Source: a bacterium (GTDB taxonomy: Bacteria > Bacillota > Clostridia > Lachnospirales > Lachnospiraceae). Taken from it: 64,000 bases of DNA. Below, in pieces: positions 48,532 through 60,085 of the stretch; within the stretch, counting starts at the first letter, position 1, and each line of letters opens with the position of its first letter. The notes under the pieces were generated by a model. The model saw nothing but the letters and a program-made list of their open reading frames with translations. It made no database searches and was not told where the DNA came from. The stretch spans positions 471-64,470 of the forward strand of contig CAVKOQ010000001.1 in the NCBI GenBank assembly GCA_963657995.1. The letters run 5' to 3'. Position numbers and translations under genes: made by a program.

Positions 48532-49680
48532 ATGAAAAAAAGATATTTAACATTAGTGTTTGCCACAGCAGTAGCGGGAAGTATGCTGACTGCCTGTGGA
48601 TCTTCATCAAAGGTTGAAACTACTGAGGCTGTATCGTCAGAAGCCCAGGAGACAGAAACCATAGGTGAGGACCAGAATGAAGAAATTGAAGAGATGATAC
48701 CTGCAGATTTTATTCAAGAACGTGCCGGTAAAGATTCCTTCGATAGCTTCGATGAAATCATAAGCTACCTTGAAGGCGAAAATGAGGGATTTGCCTATAT
48801 CCAGATAGCAGGATCTACAGATTATGTTCTGGCAGTTTCAGACAAGGTGTCTGGGGAAGATGGAACAGCTACAGAAGTAGCACTGTATGCTTACAATGCT
48901 GACAGGAAGCTTGTAAGCGTCGGAAATGCCATGGGCGATGAGAACCATCCGCTTTTCTCAGATGGAAATACACTGTATGCATGCACAGATACCGAGTACG
49001 GAGAGATGCAGATTAATTCAGAAACCAACGGACTCACATATACAAAATGTATAGATAAACTGGATTCTGGTGAATTTTCAGGATTTGTTCGTGAAAATGC
49101 AGAGGCTGATTCAAGTGATGAGATTGGTGTAGAGACAGATGAGCAGTTTACTGCACTTTTTGATGCAATTTCAGACGTTCCGGCAATCGTTTTTAATGCG
49201 GCTTCCTATGGCTCATATGATGATATTATTTCCAAGCTTTCTGCTAATCAGGGATATGCTTATATCACTTTGAATGGTTACGAGGGAGATGTTCTTGCGG
49301 TTTGCACTGATACATATGAGGACGACGGAGTTAACTGTGCAATCGACGCTACACTGTATGTGGAGAATGATGGCAGTGCAGACCTTCTTGCGTCGATTCA
49401 GACAGGCGGTACCGCATATCCTATAACAGTTGACGGAGGAATCCTCTATTACAAAACACCTGTTCAGTATGCAGAGGCAGATGTAACCAAGAATGAAGAT
49501 GGAAAATATCAGCTTAATTACATCAAATATGCCACTATTTCCTATGACAGCGAAGGAAAGGCAAGCTTTGATGTAAAAGGTGATATCGAAGCTTCTTCTA
49601 TAAAGACAGAAGATGATTTCTATAATCTCTACACAGGCAGCGAAGAAAAAGCAAAGGTTGATTTTACTATCGTAAAGTAG
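48532..49680 (+). CDS. lipoprotein of unknown function with an internally duplicated domain
   Basis: Signal peptide with lipobox MLTAC, an acidic linker, then two homologous units of about 105 aa. AAGGAGG lies 9 nt upstream of the 48532 ATG, and the gene starts 18 nt after the SulP stop. Confidence 0.7.
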   Translation: MKKRYLTLVFATAVAGSMLTACGSSSKVETTEAVSSEAQETETIGEDQNEEIEEMIPADFIQERAGKDSFDSFDEIISYLEGENEGFAYIQIAGSTDYVLAVSDKVSGEDGTATEVALYAYNADRKLVSVGNAMGDENHPLFSDGNTLYACTDTEYGEMQINSETNGLTYTKCIDKLDSGEFSGFVRENAEADSSDEIGVETDEQFTALFDAISDVPAIVFNAASYGSYDDIISKLSANQGYAYITLNGYEGDVLAVCTDTYEDDGVNCAIDATLYVENDGSADLLASIQTGGTAYPITVDGGILYYKTPVQYAEADVTKNEDGKYQLNYIKYATISYDSEGKASFDVKGDIEASSIKTEDDFYNLYTGSEEKAKVDFTIVK

Positions 49681-49705
49681 AAATATAGGTTGTTAATGAA
49701 AAGAT

Positions 49706-49756
49706 GGCTGGATAAGATGTCAGATGTAAATATCTGCATGTTATCTGGCCTTTTCT
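49706..49756 (+). terminator. intrinsic terminator after the lipoprotein gene
   Basis: Long imperfect stem GGCTGGATAAGATGTCAGAT / ATCTGCATGTTATCTGGCC followed by TTTTCT. Confidence 0.6.
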
Positions 49757-49943
49757 AAAAACAGTGGAAATAAACAGGGAAAATTATCCGTCAATTCACA
49801 CAATCGGCTATGATTTCGATGACTATATTTTGGACACAGCTATAAAAATACTGAAAACACTTGCGAAAATAAAATAATTAGTAATATAATAAAGCCTAAA
49901 TTGCGAAACAGCGAGATGAGATTGTTATCGGAAAGGCGATTAT

Positions 49944-50837
49944 ATGAAAGAAGTGAGTGAAAAAAAAGCAACAGGTGAATTTAGGGCAGCGGGACAGATC
50001 CTTTTGGCTGGCTTTGGCTGGGGAATAATAGGAGTGTTTTCACGACCTCTTGCAAACGCAGGGTTGTCAGTTGTACAGATTACGGCACTCAGGTGTACCA
50101 TTGTTATGATCAGCATGGCTCTTTTGCTTATATTTACGGATAGGAGCCGTTTTGTGATTGATTTGAAGGATTTTTGGATTTTTCTTGGAATGGGAATCTT
50201 AAGTCTGGTATTCTTTAATGTATGTTATTTTATAACAATAGAAAATGCTACGCTTGCGGCGGCATCCATCCTGCTTTATACGGCACCATTTTTTGTGCTT
50301 TTGATGTCAGCTATTTTCTTTCACGAGAAGATGACAAAGAAGAAAACAGCAGCCCTGTTTCTTGCATTTTTCGGCTGTATGCTGGTCAGCGGATTTTCCG
50401 GAGGCCATATGAGCCGGCTTGCCATTTTTTCTGGAGTAGCATCAGGTTTTTGCTACGCACTTTATTCTATATTCGGGACAGCGGCACTTCGTAAATATCA
50501 TCCGTTTACCGTGGTATTTTATGCCTTTGTAGCTGCCACACTAAGCCTTGTGCCATTCGCCAAGATGCCTGAAATTATCTCGGTTTTGGTTTCATCTTTC
50601 GTAGTCCTTGGCAAAGGAATGGCACTTGGAGTGGTATCTACATTTTTACCTTTTGTGTTCTATACAACCGGTCTTAGGCAGATGGAGGCTGGAAAGGCAT
50701 CGGTTCTGGCATTTGCCGAGCCTATGATAGCTGCAGTGGCCGGTATTTTGATTTTTGGAGAAATGCTGCGATTTGAAAATATGATCGGAATTATCTTGAT
50801 TTTTACGGCACTTGTATTGCTTAATTATCGCAGTTAA
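49944..50837 (+). CDS. EamA/DMT family transporter
   Basis: 297 aa with ten predicted TM helices in two EamA-like halves. Confidence 0.8.
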   Translation: MKEVSEKKATGEFRAAGQILLAGFGWGIIGVFSRPLANAGLSVVQITALRCTIVMISMALLLIFTDRSRFVIDLKDFWIFLGMGILSLVFFNVCYFITIENATLAAASILLYTAPFFVLLMSAIFFHEKMTKKKTAALFLAFFGCMLVSGFSGGHMSRLAIFSGVASGFCYALYSIFGTAALRKYHPFTVVFYAFVAATLSLVPFAKMPEIISVLVSSFVVLGKGMALGVVSTFLPFVFYTTGLRQMEAGKASVLAFAEPMIAAVAGILIFGEMLRFENMIGIILIFTALVLLNYRS

Positions 50838-50857
50838 AGAGAAAGGCGGATATCGCT

Positions 50858-51556
50858 ATGTCATCAAATTATAAGACTGGAGACAATTTGAATCTAAGTA
50901 CATCAGAAATGCAGATTCTTAGTCGCAGTCCATTGTTTTTAAACGTAGATGAGTCGGAAGTTGGAGATATGCTTTTGTGCCTGGGAGCCGAGATGCGAAA
51001 CTATGAAAAGGATGAAATCATATACCGTGCCGGAGACACGGTCACATCACTTGGAGTGGTGCTTCATGGAAGCGTGATGATAGTTAATGACGATTTGTGG
51101 GGAAATCGCAGCATTCTTGACCATGTAGAGCCGGGGCAGATTTTTGCTGAGACCTACGCCTGTGTGCCGGGAGAAAAGCTTCTTGTTGATGTTTTGGCAG
51201 CGGAGACGACAGATGTGTTGTTCTTAAATGTGGCTAAAATGTTGTCACAATGTACGAATTCATGTGGCCATCATACCAAACTTATCCGCAGTCTCCTTAT
51301 GATCTCGGCACAAAAGAATCTAAGACTTTCCAGACGTATATTCAACACTTCATCCAAATCTATACGAGGTCGTCTCCTGTCGTATCTTTCTGATCAATCG
51401 GTGCAAAATGCAAGTGATAGTTTTGACATACCATTTAACCGTCAGCAGCTTGCTGATTATCTGGGGGTCGATCGTTCGGCACTGTCAGCACAGCTTGGAA
51501 AGATGCAAAGGGAAGGAATTTTGGAGTTCAAAAAAAATCACTTCCATCTGCATTAA
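50858..51556 (+). CDS. Crp/Fnr family transcriptional regulator
   Basis: N-terminal cNMP-binding-like beta-barrel and a C-terminal HTH (RQQLADYLGVDRSALSAQLGKMQREGIL). Confidence 0.8.
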   Translation: MSSNYKTGDNLNLSTSEMQILSRSPLFLNVDESEVGDMLLCLGAEMRNYEKDEIIYRAGDTVTSLGVVLHGSVMIVNDDLWGNRSILDHVEPGQIFAETYACVPGEKLLVDVLAAETTDVLFLNVAKMLSQCTNSCGHHTKLIRSLLMISAQKNLRLSRRIFNTSSKSIRGRLLSYLSDQSVQNASDSFDIPFNRQQLADYLGVDRSALSAQLGKMQREGILEFKKNHFHLH

Positions 51557-51576
51557 ACTGATTTGCATTAAATTTG

Positions 51577-52494
51577 CTACATTTGAATTTCCTGATCAGG
51601 GTGCTTTAGCATATCAAGAAAAGCCTGTGCCGCCGGTGTCAGTGGACGCATAGGATTTTGCAGGACAAGTATCTGTCTTTTAGGAATAGGAACGTTTAGC
51701 TGAAGTTGAAATACCTTGTAATTTAAGAGATAATTGCGTGCAAATTCCGAAGGAACGAAACCGATGCCGAGATTGTGAGAAACGGTCGGTGCAATCAGGT
51801 CATTGGATGAGACTTCAATGCTTGGATGCAGATCAAGTCCCTGTTCCTCAAAAAGGCTGTCCCAGAACAGTCTTGTAGTTGTTCCGGATTCCATGCTTAT
51901 AAGTGGATGCATGCAAAGCTCTTCGAATGAAAGTGTGCGGTTTTGCAGCTCAGTAAAACGATTTCCGGCTATGACAATATCCTGAAATTCTGCGACAGGC
52001 ATCACATGTATCAAATCAAGATCCTTTAAAATCTCATGGATTGGAGATATGATAACAGCAAAATCATTCTCACCGCCTTTGAGTGAAGAAGCGGTAATCG
52101 GTGCAGAATTGGAATGGATCTGCACGGTTACATTGGGAAAACGCTGTTGAAATTCTTCCAGATAAGGCAGCAGGAAAAATCTCATCGTAAGCTCACTTGC
52201 ACCTATAGAGACCTTGCCGCTCTCGCTGCTTGTATAATCTTTTAAAATCTCTTCTGCACGTCCCATCTGCTGACATGGACGATTAATCTGACGAAACAGA
52301 ATACGTCCCGCATCGGTCAGCGTCACACCTTTTTGAGAACGATTGAAAAGTTGGCAGTCAAGCATGCCTTCTAAGTTGTGTATATATTTTGTTACAGTTG
52401 GCTGTGTAAGACACAGGTTAAGTGCCGCCTGTGTGATGTTCTGACATCTGGCAACCTCGTAAAAAACTTTGTAATAATCAAAACTGATGTCCAT
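51577..52494 (-). CDS. LysR family transcriptional regulator
   Basis: N-terminal LysR HTH (ITQAALNLCLTQPTVTKYIHNLEGML...F.R) and a C-terminal substrate-binding domain. It is divergent from the atp operon. Confidence 0.85.
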   Translation of the reverse strand: MDISFDYYKVFYEVARCQNITQAALNLCLTQPTVTKYIHNLEGMLDCQLFNRSQKGVTLTDAGRILFRQINRPCQQMGRAEEILKDYTSSESGKVSIGASELTMRFFLLPYLEEFQQRFPNVTVQIHSNSAPITASSLKGGENDFAVIISPIHEILKDLDLIHVMPVAEFQDIVIAGNRFTELQNRTLSFEELCMHPLISMESGTTTRLFWDSLFEEQGLDLHPSIEVSSNDLIAPTVSHNLGIGFVPSEFARNYLLNYKVFQLQLNVPIPKRQILVLQNPMRPLTPAAQAFLDMLKHPDQEIQM

Positions 52495-52617
52495 CTAAAT
52501 AAATTCCCTTCTGGTAGCTATCCTACACACTTTATCCTATTTTTCTTAAAATGTCCAGTTACAGTATTATTAAAGAACTTGATATAAATAAATTGAATTT
52601 TTGACTTTTGCCATTCA

Positions 52618-52641
52618 TTTTTTCTATGGATATAGAAAAAA
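52618..52641. promoter_or_regulatory. 10-bp-arm inverted repeat TTTTTTCTAT-GGAT-ATAGAAAAAA between the LysR gene and atpB
   Basis: Perfect arms read directly from the sequence. It lies 93 nt upstream of the atpB start and 124 nt upstream of the divergent LysR start. Confidence 0.45.
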
Positions 52642-52733
52642 AATATGATTTTACCATTTCTTTTTTCGGTAGTAAGATCGGGAACAGGCGGAAAAATGTG
52701 GTGTATACTAATCCGCAGAAAGGAAGTGACAGT

Positions 52734-53411
52734 ATGGGAAATCTGGGAGAGACCCTGATTGAGGAATTGAATTGTGATACGGCCTTTACCATAGGCGGCA
52801 TCGGAATATCAGAATCTGTTGTGGTTACATGGATTATGATGGCAGCGGCACTGATTATTTCGCTGATAGTGACTCATCATCTTAAGGTCGAGAATCCAGG
52901 ACGCGGACAGCTCCTTTTGGAGAGCTTTGTAACGTGGCTTCAGGGCATCGGCGAGGGAATCCTCGGAGAAGAAGGAAAGGGATACGCGACTTATCTCACG
53001 ACGGTTCTCATGTATCTTGGTGTGGCAAATCTTATAGGTATACTGGGGTTCAAACCTCCTACCAAGGATCTGAATGTTACAGCAGGATTGGCACTGATGA
53101 GTATTGTGCTGATTGAGACGGCGGGGATCAGAGTCAAAGGTTTTAAAGGATGGTTAAAGAGTTTCACTGAGCCGATAGGTATCGTAACACCTATTAATAT
53201 CATGGAGGTGTTTATCAAACCGCTGTCGCTGTGTATGCGACTGTTCGGAAATGTACTGGGTGCATTCGTCATCATGAAACTGATTGAATACATTCTTCCG
53301 GTAGGACTTCCGGTATTGTTCAGTGCTTATTTTGATATATTTGACGGTCTGATTCAGGCATATGTATTTGTATTCCTGACAGGACTTTTTATCAAAGAAG
53401 CTATTGAATAA
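52734..53411 (+). CDS. atpB: F0F1 ATP synthase subunit a
   Basis: Polytopic protein with the essential Arg in LSLCMRLFGNVLGA. The ATG at 52734 has AAGGAAG upstream. The ORF is open from 52608. Confidence 0.9.
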   Translation: MGNLGETLIEELNCDTAFTIGGIGISESVVVTWIMMAAALIISLIVTHHLKVENPGRGQLLLESFVTWLQGIGEGILGEEGKGYATYLTTVLMYLGVANLIGILGFKPPTKDLNVTAGLALMSIVLIETAGIRVKGFKGWLKSFTEPIGIVTPINIMEVFIKPLSLCMRLFGNVLGAFVIMKLIEYILPVGLPVLFSAYFDIFDGLIQAYVFVFLTGLFIKEAIE

Positions 53412-53452
53412 TTTTGATTTGTTTAAATTATTAAGAAAAAGGAGACTTTATT

Positions 53453-53677
53453 ATGGGTACAATCATCGCAATCGGAGCAGGACTGGCAGTTCTTGCAGGT
53501 GCAGGAGCCGGAATTGGTATAGGAATTGCAACATCAAAGGCAGCAGAGGCAGTTGCAAGACAGCCTGAGGCAGAAGGAAAGATTACAAAGATTCTATTGT
53601 TAGGTGCGGCACTTGCCGAGGCAACAGCTATTTATGGTTTTGTTATTGCCCTTTTGATTATTATTCTATTGAGCTGA
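53453..53677 (+). CDS. atpE: F0F1 ATP synthase subunit c
   Basis: 74-aa helical hairpin with an ARQPE loop and the carboxylate in [11 protein letters not shown]. Confidence 0.95.
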   Translation: MGTIIAIGAGLAVLAGAGAGIGIGIATSKAAEAVARQPEAEGKITKILLLGAALAEATAIYGFVIALLIIILLS

Positions 53678-53708
53678 TAGGAAAAATTAAGAAAGGTGGG
53701 GCAAGGCT

Positions 53709-54197
53709 ATGTTAAGGTTGGACATAAACCTGGTTTTTACGATTATCAACCTCTTGATCTGGTATGTGATTATTCGAATTTTCCTTTTTAAACCGATCAA
53801 TAAGGTGATTGATAAACGAAATAAGTCAATCCAGGAAAAGTATGATGAGGCAAAGAAGTTGCAGGAAGATGCACAGGCTGAGAAAGATAAATATGTGGCC
53901 TGCCAGAATGGAATAGAAGAAGAGAAAAATAAGGTGCTTGACGCGGCACGTGCGAGTGCACGTGAAGAAGGGCGTCAGTTGATTGAGAATGCTCAGAAAG
54001 AGGCAGATAAAGTCATTCGTAAAGCGAATGAGGATGCACGCAGAGAAAAAGACAAGATGCTTGAACAGGCAAAACATGAGATTTTGTCACTTGTTATTGA
54101 CGCAGCAGCCGGTTCGATGAATAAGAAATCGGATGATAGTGCCCTCTATGATGAGTTTTTGGAGAAAGCGGGTATGTCGGAGAATGAAGATAAGTGA
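53709..54197 (+). CDS. atpF: F0F1 ATP synthase subunit b
   Basis: 162 aa with a single N-terminal TM followed by a long charged helix. Confidence 0.9.
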   Translation: MLRLDINLVFTIINLLIWYVIIRIFLFKPINKVIDKRNKSIQEKYDEAKKLQEDAQAEKDKYVACQNGIEEEKNKVLDAARASAREEGRQLIENAQKEADKVIRKANEDARREKDKMLEQAKHEILSLVIDAAAGSMNKKSDDSALYDEFLEKAGMSENEDK

Positions 54198-56121
54198 TAT
54201 CGATTTACAGGAAATAGAGAATCAGAAGATTTCTGCTGACGATCTTGAGTACATGGATGAGATGCTGTCTGAGACACCCAAACTTGAGAAGCATCCCGAG
54301 AATACGGATAAATCTCTTAACTGTGTGCTTGAATACGTAAAAGAACCGGATGAGAGGCAGAAAGCCGGAATTAAGAATTTTCTTGAGAAGAAATATCCGG
54401 GTAGGGAGCTTAAGTTTGAGGTCAAGGAAAATCCTTCGCTTGGAAGCGGTTTTATTCTTCGCGTCGGAAGTGAAGAGTATGACTGGAGTACGGAAGGAAG
54501 AAAGCGTGCTCTATCAGATAAATTAAAAGATATGGCAAGGGGACCTGAATCTGGAAGTTTTCTTACACATAAGGAAGTTATAGGTATCCTAAAGGGAAAT
54601 CTTAACGGAATTGATGTCACCGCCAGAGAGATAGGAAAAGTCAACCGTGTGGGCGATGGTATAGCTTATGTAGACGGAATAGACCATGCGATGTACGGTG
54701 AGATTATTGCCTTTGACGGTGATGTCAGAGGTATGGTACAGGATATCAGGTCAAAGGAAATAGGCTGTATCCTCTTTGGACATGCAGGAAGCATAGGACA
54801 GGGAAGCCGTGCGATGAGAACCGGAAAGATGGCAGGTATTCCTGTAGGAGAGGGTTTTTTAGGGAGAGTAGTAGATGCCCTGGGAAATCCGATTGATAAC
54901 AAAGGAGATATAAATACGGTCGAATATCGACCGATCGAGTCACCGGCCCCTGGTATCATCGATAGAAAATCGGTAGATACGCCTATGGAAACAGGTATTT
55001 TATCGATTGATTCCATGTTCCCGATTGGTCGAGGACAAAGAGAATTGATAATTGGCGACCGTCAAACCGGTAAGACGTCGATTGCAGTAGATACCATACT
55101 GAACCAGAAGGGAAAAGATGTGATTTGTATCTATGTTGCTATAGGTCAGAAGGCATCGACGGTATCAAGACTGGTTCATACCTTGGAAAAACATGGTGCC
55201 ATGGAATACAGCATAGTCCTTTCAGCTACTGCGAGTGATCCGGCGTCGCTTCAGTATATAGCACCCTATGCAGGAACTGCCCTTGCAGAATATTTCATGT
55301 ATCAGGGAAGAGATGTGCTGATTATTTACGATGATTTGTCAAAACATGCGGTTGCATATAGGGCTTTATCGCTTTTGATGGAGCGTTCACCGGGACGTGA
55401 GGCTTATCCGGGTGATGTGTTCTATCTGCATTCACGTCTTTTGGAACGTTCTGCAAGACTTTCTGATGAGCTTGGTGGAGGTTCTATAACGGCACTTCCG
55501 ATTGTAGAGACTCAGGCTGGAGATGTGTCGGCATATATTCCGACCAACGTCATCTCCATCACAGATGGACAGATTTTCCTTGAAAGCTCACTCTTTTTTG
55601 AGGGTATGCGTCCGGCAGTCAATGTGGGACTTTCTGTATCCCGTGTCGGCGGTGCGGCACAGACAAAGGCGATGAAAAAGGCAGCCGGAAGTATTCGTAT
55701 CGATCTTGCACAGTACCGCGAGATGGAAGTATTTACGCAGTTTAGCTCGGATCTTGATCCGGCAACAAAGGCGTCGCTTGCTTACGGTAGCGGAATTATG
55801 GAACTTTTAAAACAGCCGCTGGAGCATCCGCTCTCCATGGAAGAACAGGTTATTATTCTGTATGCTGCAACAAGCCATACACTAACTGATATTCCTAAGG
55901 AAAATCTCAAGGCATTTCAGGCCGGACTTTATGATTTTATAAGAGGTTCATATCCGCAGATAGGAGATGCACTTCACACTACAAAGATATTGTCCGATGA
56001 TATAAAACGAGAGATTATAAAAGCAGTAGGTGAATATAAGAAAATATTCTTTAATTCATCAGATGATAAATTTGATGCGGTTCAGTCAGATGAAGCAGAT
56101 GCAAAAGCAGGTAAACAGTAA
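54184..56121 (+). CDS. atpA: F0F1 ATP synthase alpha subunit carrying an in-frame N-terminal delta (OSCP) C-terminal-domain-like extension
   Basis: Residues from about 54550 onward are canonical alpha (VGDGIAYV, Walker [10 protein letters not shown]). Codons at about 54352-54531 encode [58 protein letters not shown], which resembles the delta C-terminus. No stop separates the two parts. The ATG at 54184 overlaps the atpF stop. No separate atpH exists in the operon. Confidence 0.85.
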   Translation: MKISDIDLQEIENQKISADDLEYMDEMLSETPKLEKHPENTDKSLNCVLEYVKEPDERQKAGIKNFLEKKYPGRELKFEVKENPSLGSGFILRVGSEEYDWSTEGRKRALSDKLKDMARGPESGSFLTHKEVIGILKGNLNGIDVTAREIGKVNRVGDGIAYVDGIDHAMYGEIIAFDGDVRGMVQDIRSKEIGCILFGHAGSIGQGSRAMRTGKMAGIPVGEGFLGRVVDALGNPIDNKGDINTVEYRPIESPAPGIIDRKSVDTPMETGILSIDSMFPIGRGQRELIIGDRQTGKTSIAVDTILNQKGKDVICIYVAIGQKASTVSRLVHTLEKHGAMEYSIVLSATASDPASLQYIAPYAGTALAEYFMYQGRDVLIIYDDLSKHAVAYRALSLLMERSPGREAYPGDVFYLHSRLLERSARLSDELGGGSITALPIVETQAGDVSAYIPTNVISITDGQIFLESSLFFEGMRPAVNVGLSVSRVGGAAQTKAMKKAAGSIRIDLAQYREMEVFTQFSSDLDPATKASLAYGSGIMELLKQPLEHPLSMEEQVIILYAATSHTLTDIPKENLKAFQAGLYDFIRGSYPQIGDALHTTKILSDDIKREIIKAVGEYKKIFFNSSDDKFDAVQSDEADAKAGKQ

Positions 56122-56135
56122 GGCGGTGATGGGAG

Positions 56136-58474
<2,339 letters not shown>

Positions 58475-58480
58475 AAGTAG

Positions 58481-58894
58481 ATGGCAGATTTTCATGTAAA
58501 AATCATATCCAGCAACAGGACGTTCTATGAGGGAGTCTGCCACTGCCTGATTCTCCCGGCGGTGGACGGTGAGATGGCTGTCATGGCACATCACGAGAGC
58601 GAGATTGTGGCAGTCAAACCAGGATCGATGCGATATCAGACCAAGGTGGATGGCCCATGGGAAGCGGCTGTTGTAGGTCAGGGCTTTTGCGAGATTGCCA
58701 ATAACCGTGTTATGCTGTTAGCAGATACTATAGAAAAACCTGAGGAGATCGACAGAATCAGGGCAAAGGAAGCACTGGAACGAGCTAAGGAACGTCTGAG
58801 ACAGAAACAGAGTATCTCAGAATATTACAGCACTCGTGCTGCCATGGCAAGGGCACTTGTTCGTCTGAAGGAGACGGAAAAATATGTAAAGTAA
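58481..58894 (+). CDS. atpC: F0F1 ATP synthase subunit epsilon
   Basis: 137 aa with an N-terminal beta-sandwich and a C-terminal helical hairpin. It is in the last position of the operon. Confidence 0.9.
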   Translation: MADFHVKIISSNRTFYEGVCHCLILPAVDGEMAVMAHHESEIVAVKPGSMRYQTKVDGPWEAAVVGQGFCEIANNRVMLLADTIEKPEEIDRIRAKEALERAKERLRQKQSISEYYSTRAAMARALVRLKETEKYVK

Positions 58895-58935
58895 CGGGCT
58901 AAGTTTTAAGTAATGATGGAAATGGGGAAAATGAT

Positions 58936-59847
58936 ATGACATTGCTTCAGTTAAAGTATGTAGTGGAGGTGGCAACAGCCGGAAGTATCAGTGGAGCAGC
59001 GAAGAAGTTGTATATCGCACAGCCCAGCCTTACTGCTGCCATCAAGGAGCTGGAGAATGAACTTGGTTTTCCTCTTTTTACACGCACGAACAAAGGCGTT
59101 GTTATATCTCAAAATGGCGAAGAATTTTTAGGATATGCCAGGCAGGTAATAGAGCAGGCGAATCTGATAGAAGAACGCTATTTTGGCGCAGGGGCAAAAA
59201 AACATCAGTTCTGTGTTTCTACGCAGCACTATTCCTTTGCTGTGGAGGCATTTGTAGACATTATCCGTGAATACGGAGGAGACGAGTATGATTTTCGTAT
59301 ACGAGAGACACAGACATACGAGCTTATAGAAGATGTGGCGAAGCTTCGCAGTGAAGTTGGTGTACTTTATTTGAATAGCTTCAATGAAACTGTGATCAGA
59401 AAAACATTAAGAGAGAACGAACTGAAGTTTTCGAGACTTTTTATGGCAAAACCACACGTGTTTGTAGGTGCAGGAAATCCTCTTGCGAAGCGAAAGTCAA
59501 TCGTTTTGTCGGATCTTGAACCTTATCCCCGTCTTTCATACGAACAGGGAGAACATAATTCGTTTTATTTTTCGGAGGAGATTTTAAGTACTCTTGACAG
59601 CAAGAAGGAAATACTAGTATCAGATCGCGCGACTCTTTTCAATCTTTTGATTGGATTAAACGGATATACGATCTGCAGCGGTGTTATAAACGAAGAGCTG
59701 AATGGGCCTAACATAGTATCAGTTCCGCTTGATGTTGATGATTACATGGAGATAGGCTACATTACACATAAGCGTGTTATGACAGGACGTTTTGCCGGAC
59801 TTTATATAGAGGCTCTGAAAAGAAGAGTTGGCGATTCTGTGAGATAA
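58936..59847 (+). CDS. LysR family transcriptional regulator
   Basis: N-terminal HTH (SISGAAKKLYIAQPSLTAAIKELENELGFPLFTR) and an effector domain. It starts 41 nt after atpC with no intervening terminator. Confidence 0.85.
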   Translation: MTLLQLKYVVEVATAGSISGAAKKLYIAQPSLTAAIKELENELGFPLFTRTNKGVVISQNGEEFLGYARQVIEQANLIEERYFGAGAKKHQFCVSTQHYSFAVEAFVDIIREYGGDEYDFRIRETQTYELIEDVAKLRSEVGVLYLNSFNETVIRKTLRENELKFSRLFMAKPHVFVGAGNPLAKRKSIVLSDLEPYPRLSYEQGEHNSFYFSEEILSTLDSKKEILVSDRATLFNLLIGLNGYTICSGVINEELNGPNIVSVPLDVDDYMEIGYITHKRVMTGRFAGLYIEALKRRVGDSVR

Positions 59848-59864
59848 ATTTTTGATAACTGATG

Positions 59865-59914
59865 AAAAGCATTTGTGAAAGATAGAAAAATACTGTCTTT
59901 CACAGGTGCTTTTA
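59865..59914 (+). terminator. intrinsic terminator after the second LysR gene
   Basis: 18-bp stem AAAAGCATTTGTGAAAGA / TCTTTCACAGGTGCTTTT (two wobble pairs) with the T-run included. Confidence 0.7.
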
Positions 59915-60011
59915 TCCTATAAGTATTTTTATGCACTATCATAACAAATTAATGCTTGTCATGTCCTTTATACCTATGTTATTATTATAACGATGCTTTG
60001 GTATCTGCTAT

Positions 60012-60029
60012 TTCTATATGAACATAGAG
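60012..60029. promoter_or_regulatory. inverted repeat TTCTAT-N6-ATAGAG upstream of the aminotransferase gene
   Basis: TCTAT (60013-60017) and ATAGA (60024-60028), 57 nt upstream of the start codon. It shares the TTCTAT/ATAGAA half-site with the repeat at 52618-52641. Confidence 0.35.
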
Positions 60030-60085
60030 GTACAGGTAAAAGCGTATTATGAAGTAAATTGATCAAACAAGGAGGATGTTGAAGG

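Noticed and set aside
52608-52733. Upstream-extended ORF heads in the track: atpB 52608, atpA 54133, atpD 56978, secDF 13063, yajC 16339, ftsE 30302, thioesterase 26962, pstC 41388, phoU 43990, thrH 46545, scfB 11658
   Set aside because: In each case an internal start with a proper Shine-Dalgarno sequence coincides with the conserved N-terminus of the family. The extension overlaps the preceding gene, a terminator or a promoter.
53453-53677. Possible Na+ specificity of the c subunit
   Set aside because: The Thr and Tyr of the Na+-type motif (E-S/T-T-x-x-Y) are partly present, as AEATAIY. However, the Gln of helix 1 (GxGQG in Ilyobacter/Acetobacterium c subunits) is Ile here (GIGIGIA), and the residue after Glu is Ala. 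Ion specificity cannot be called from this evidence, and H+ is the default.
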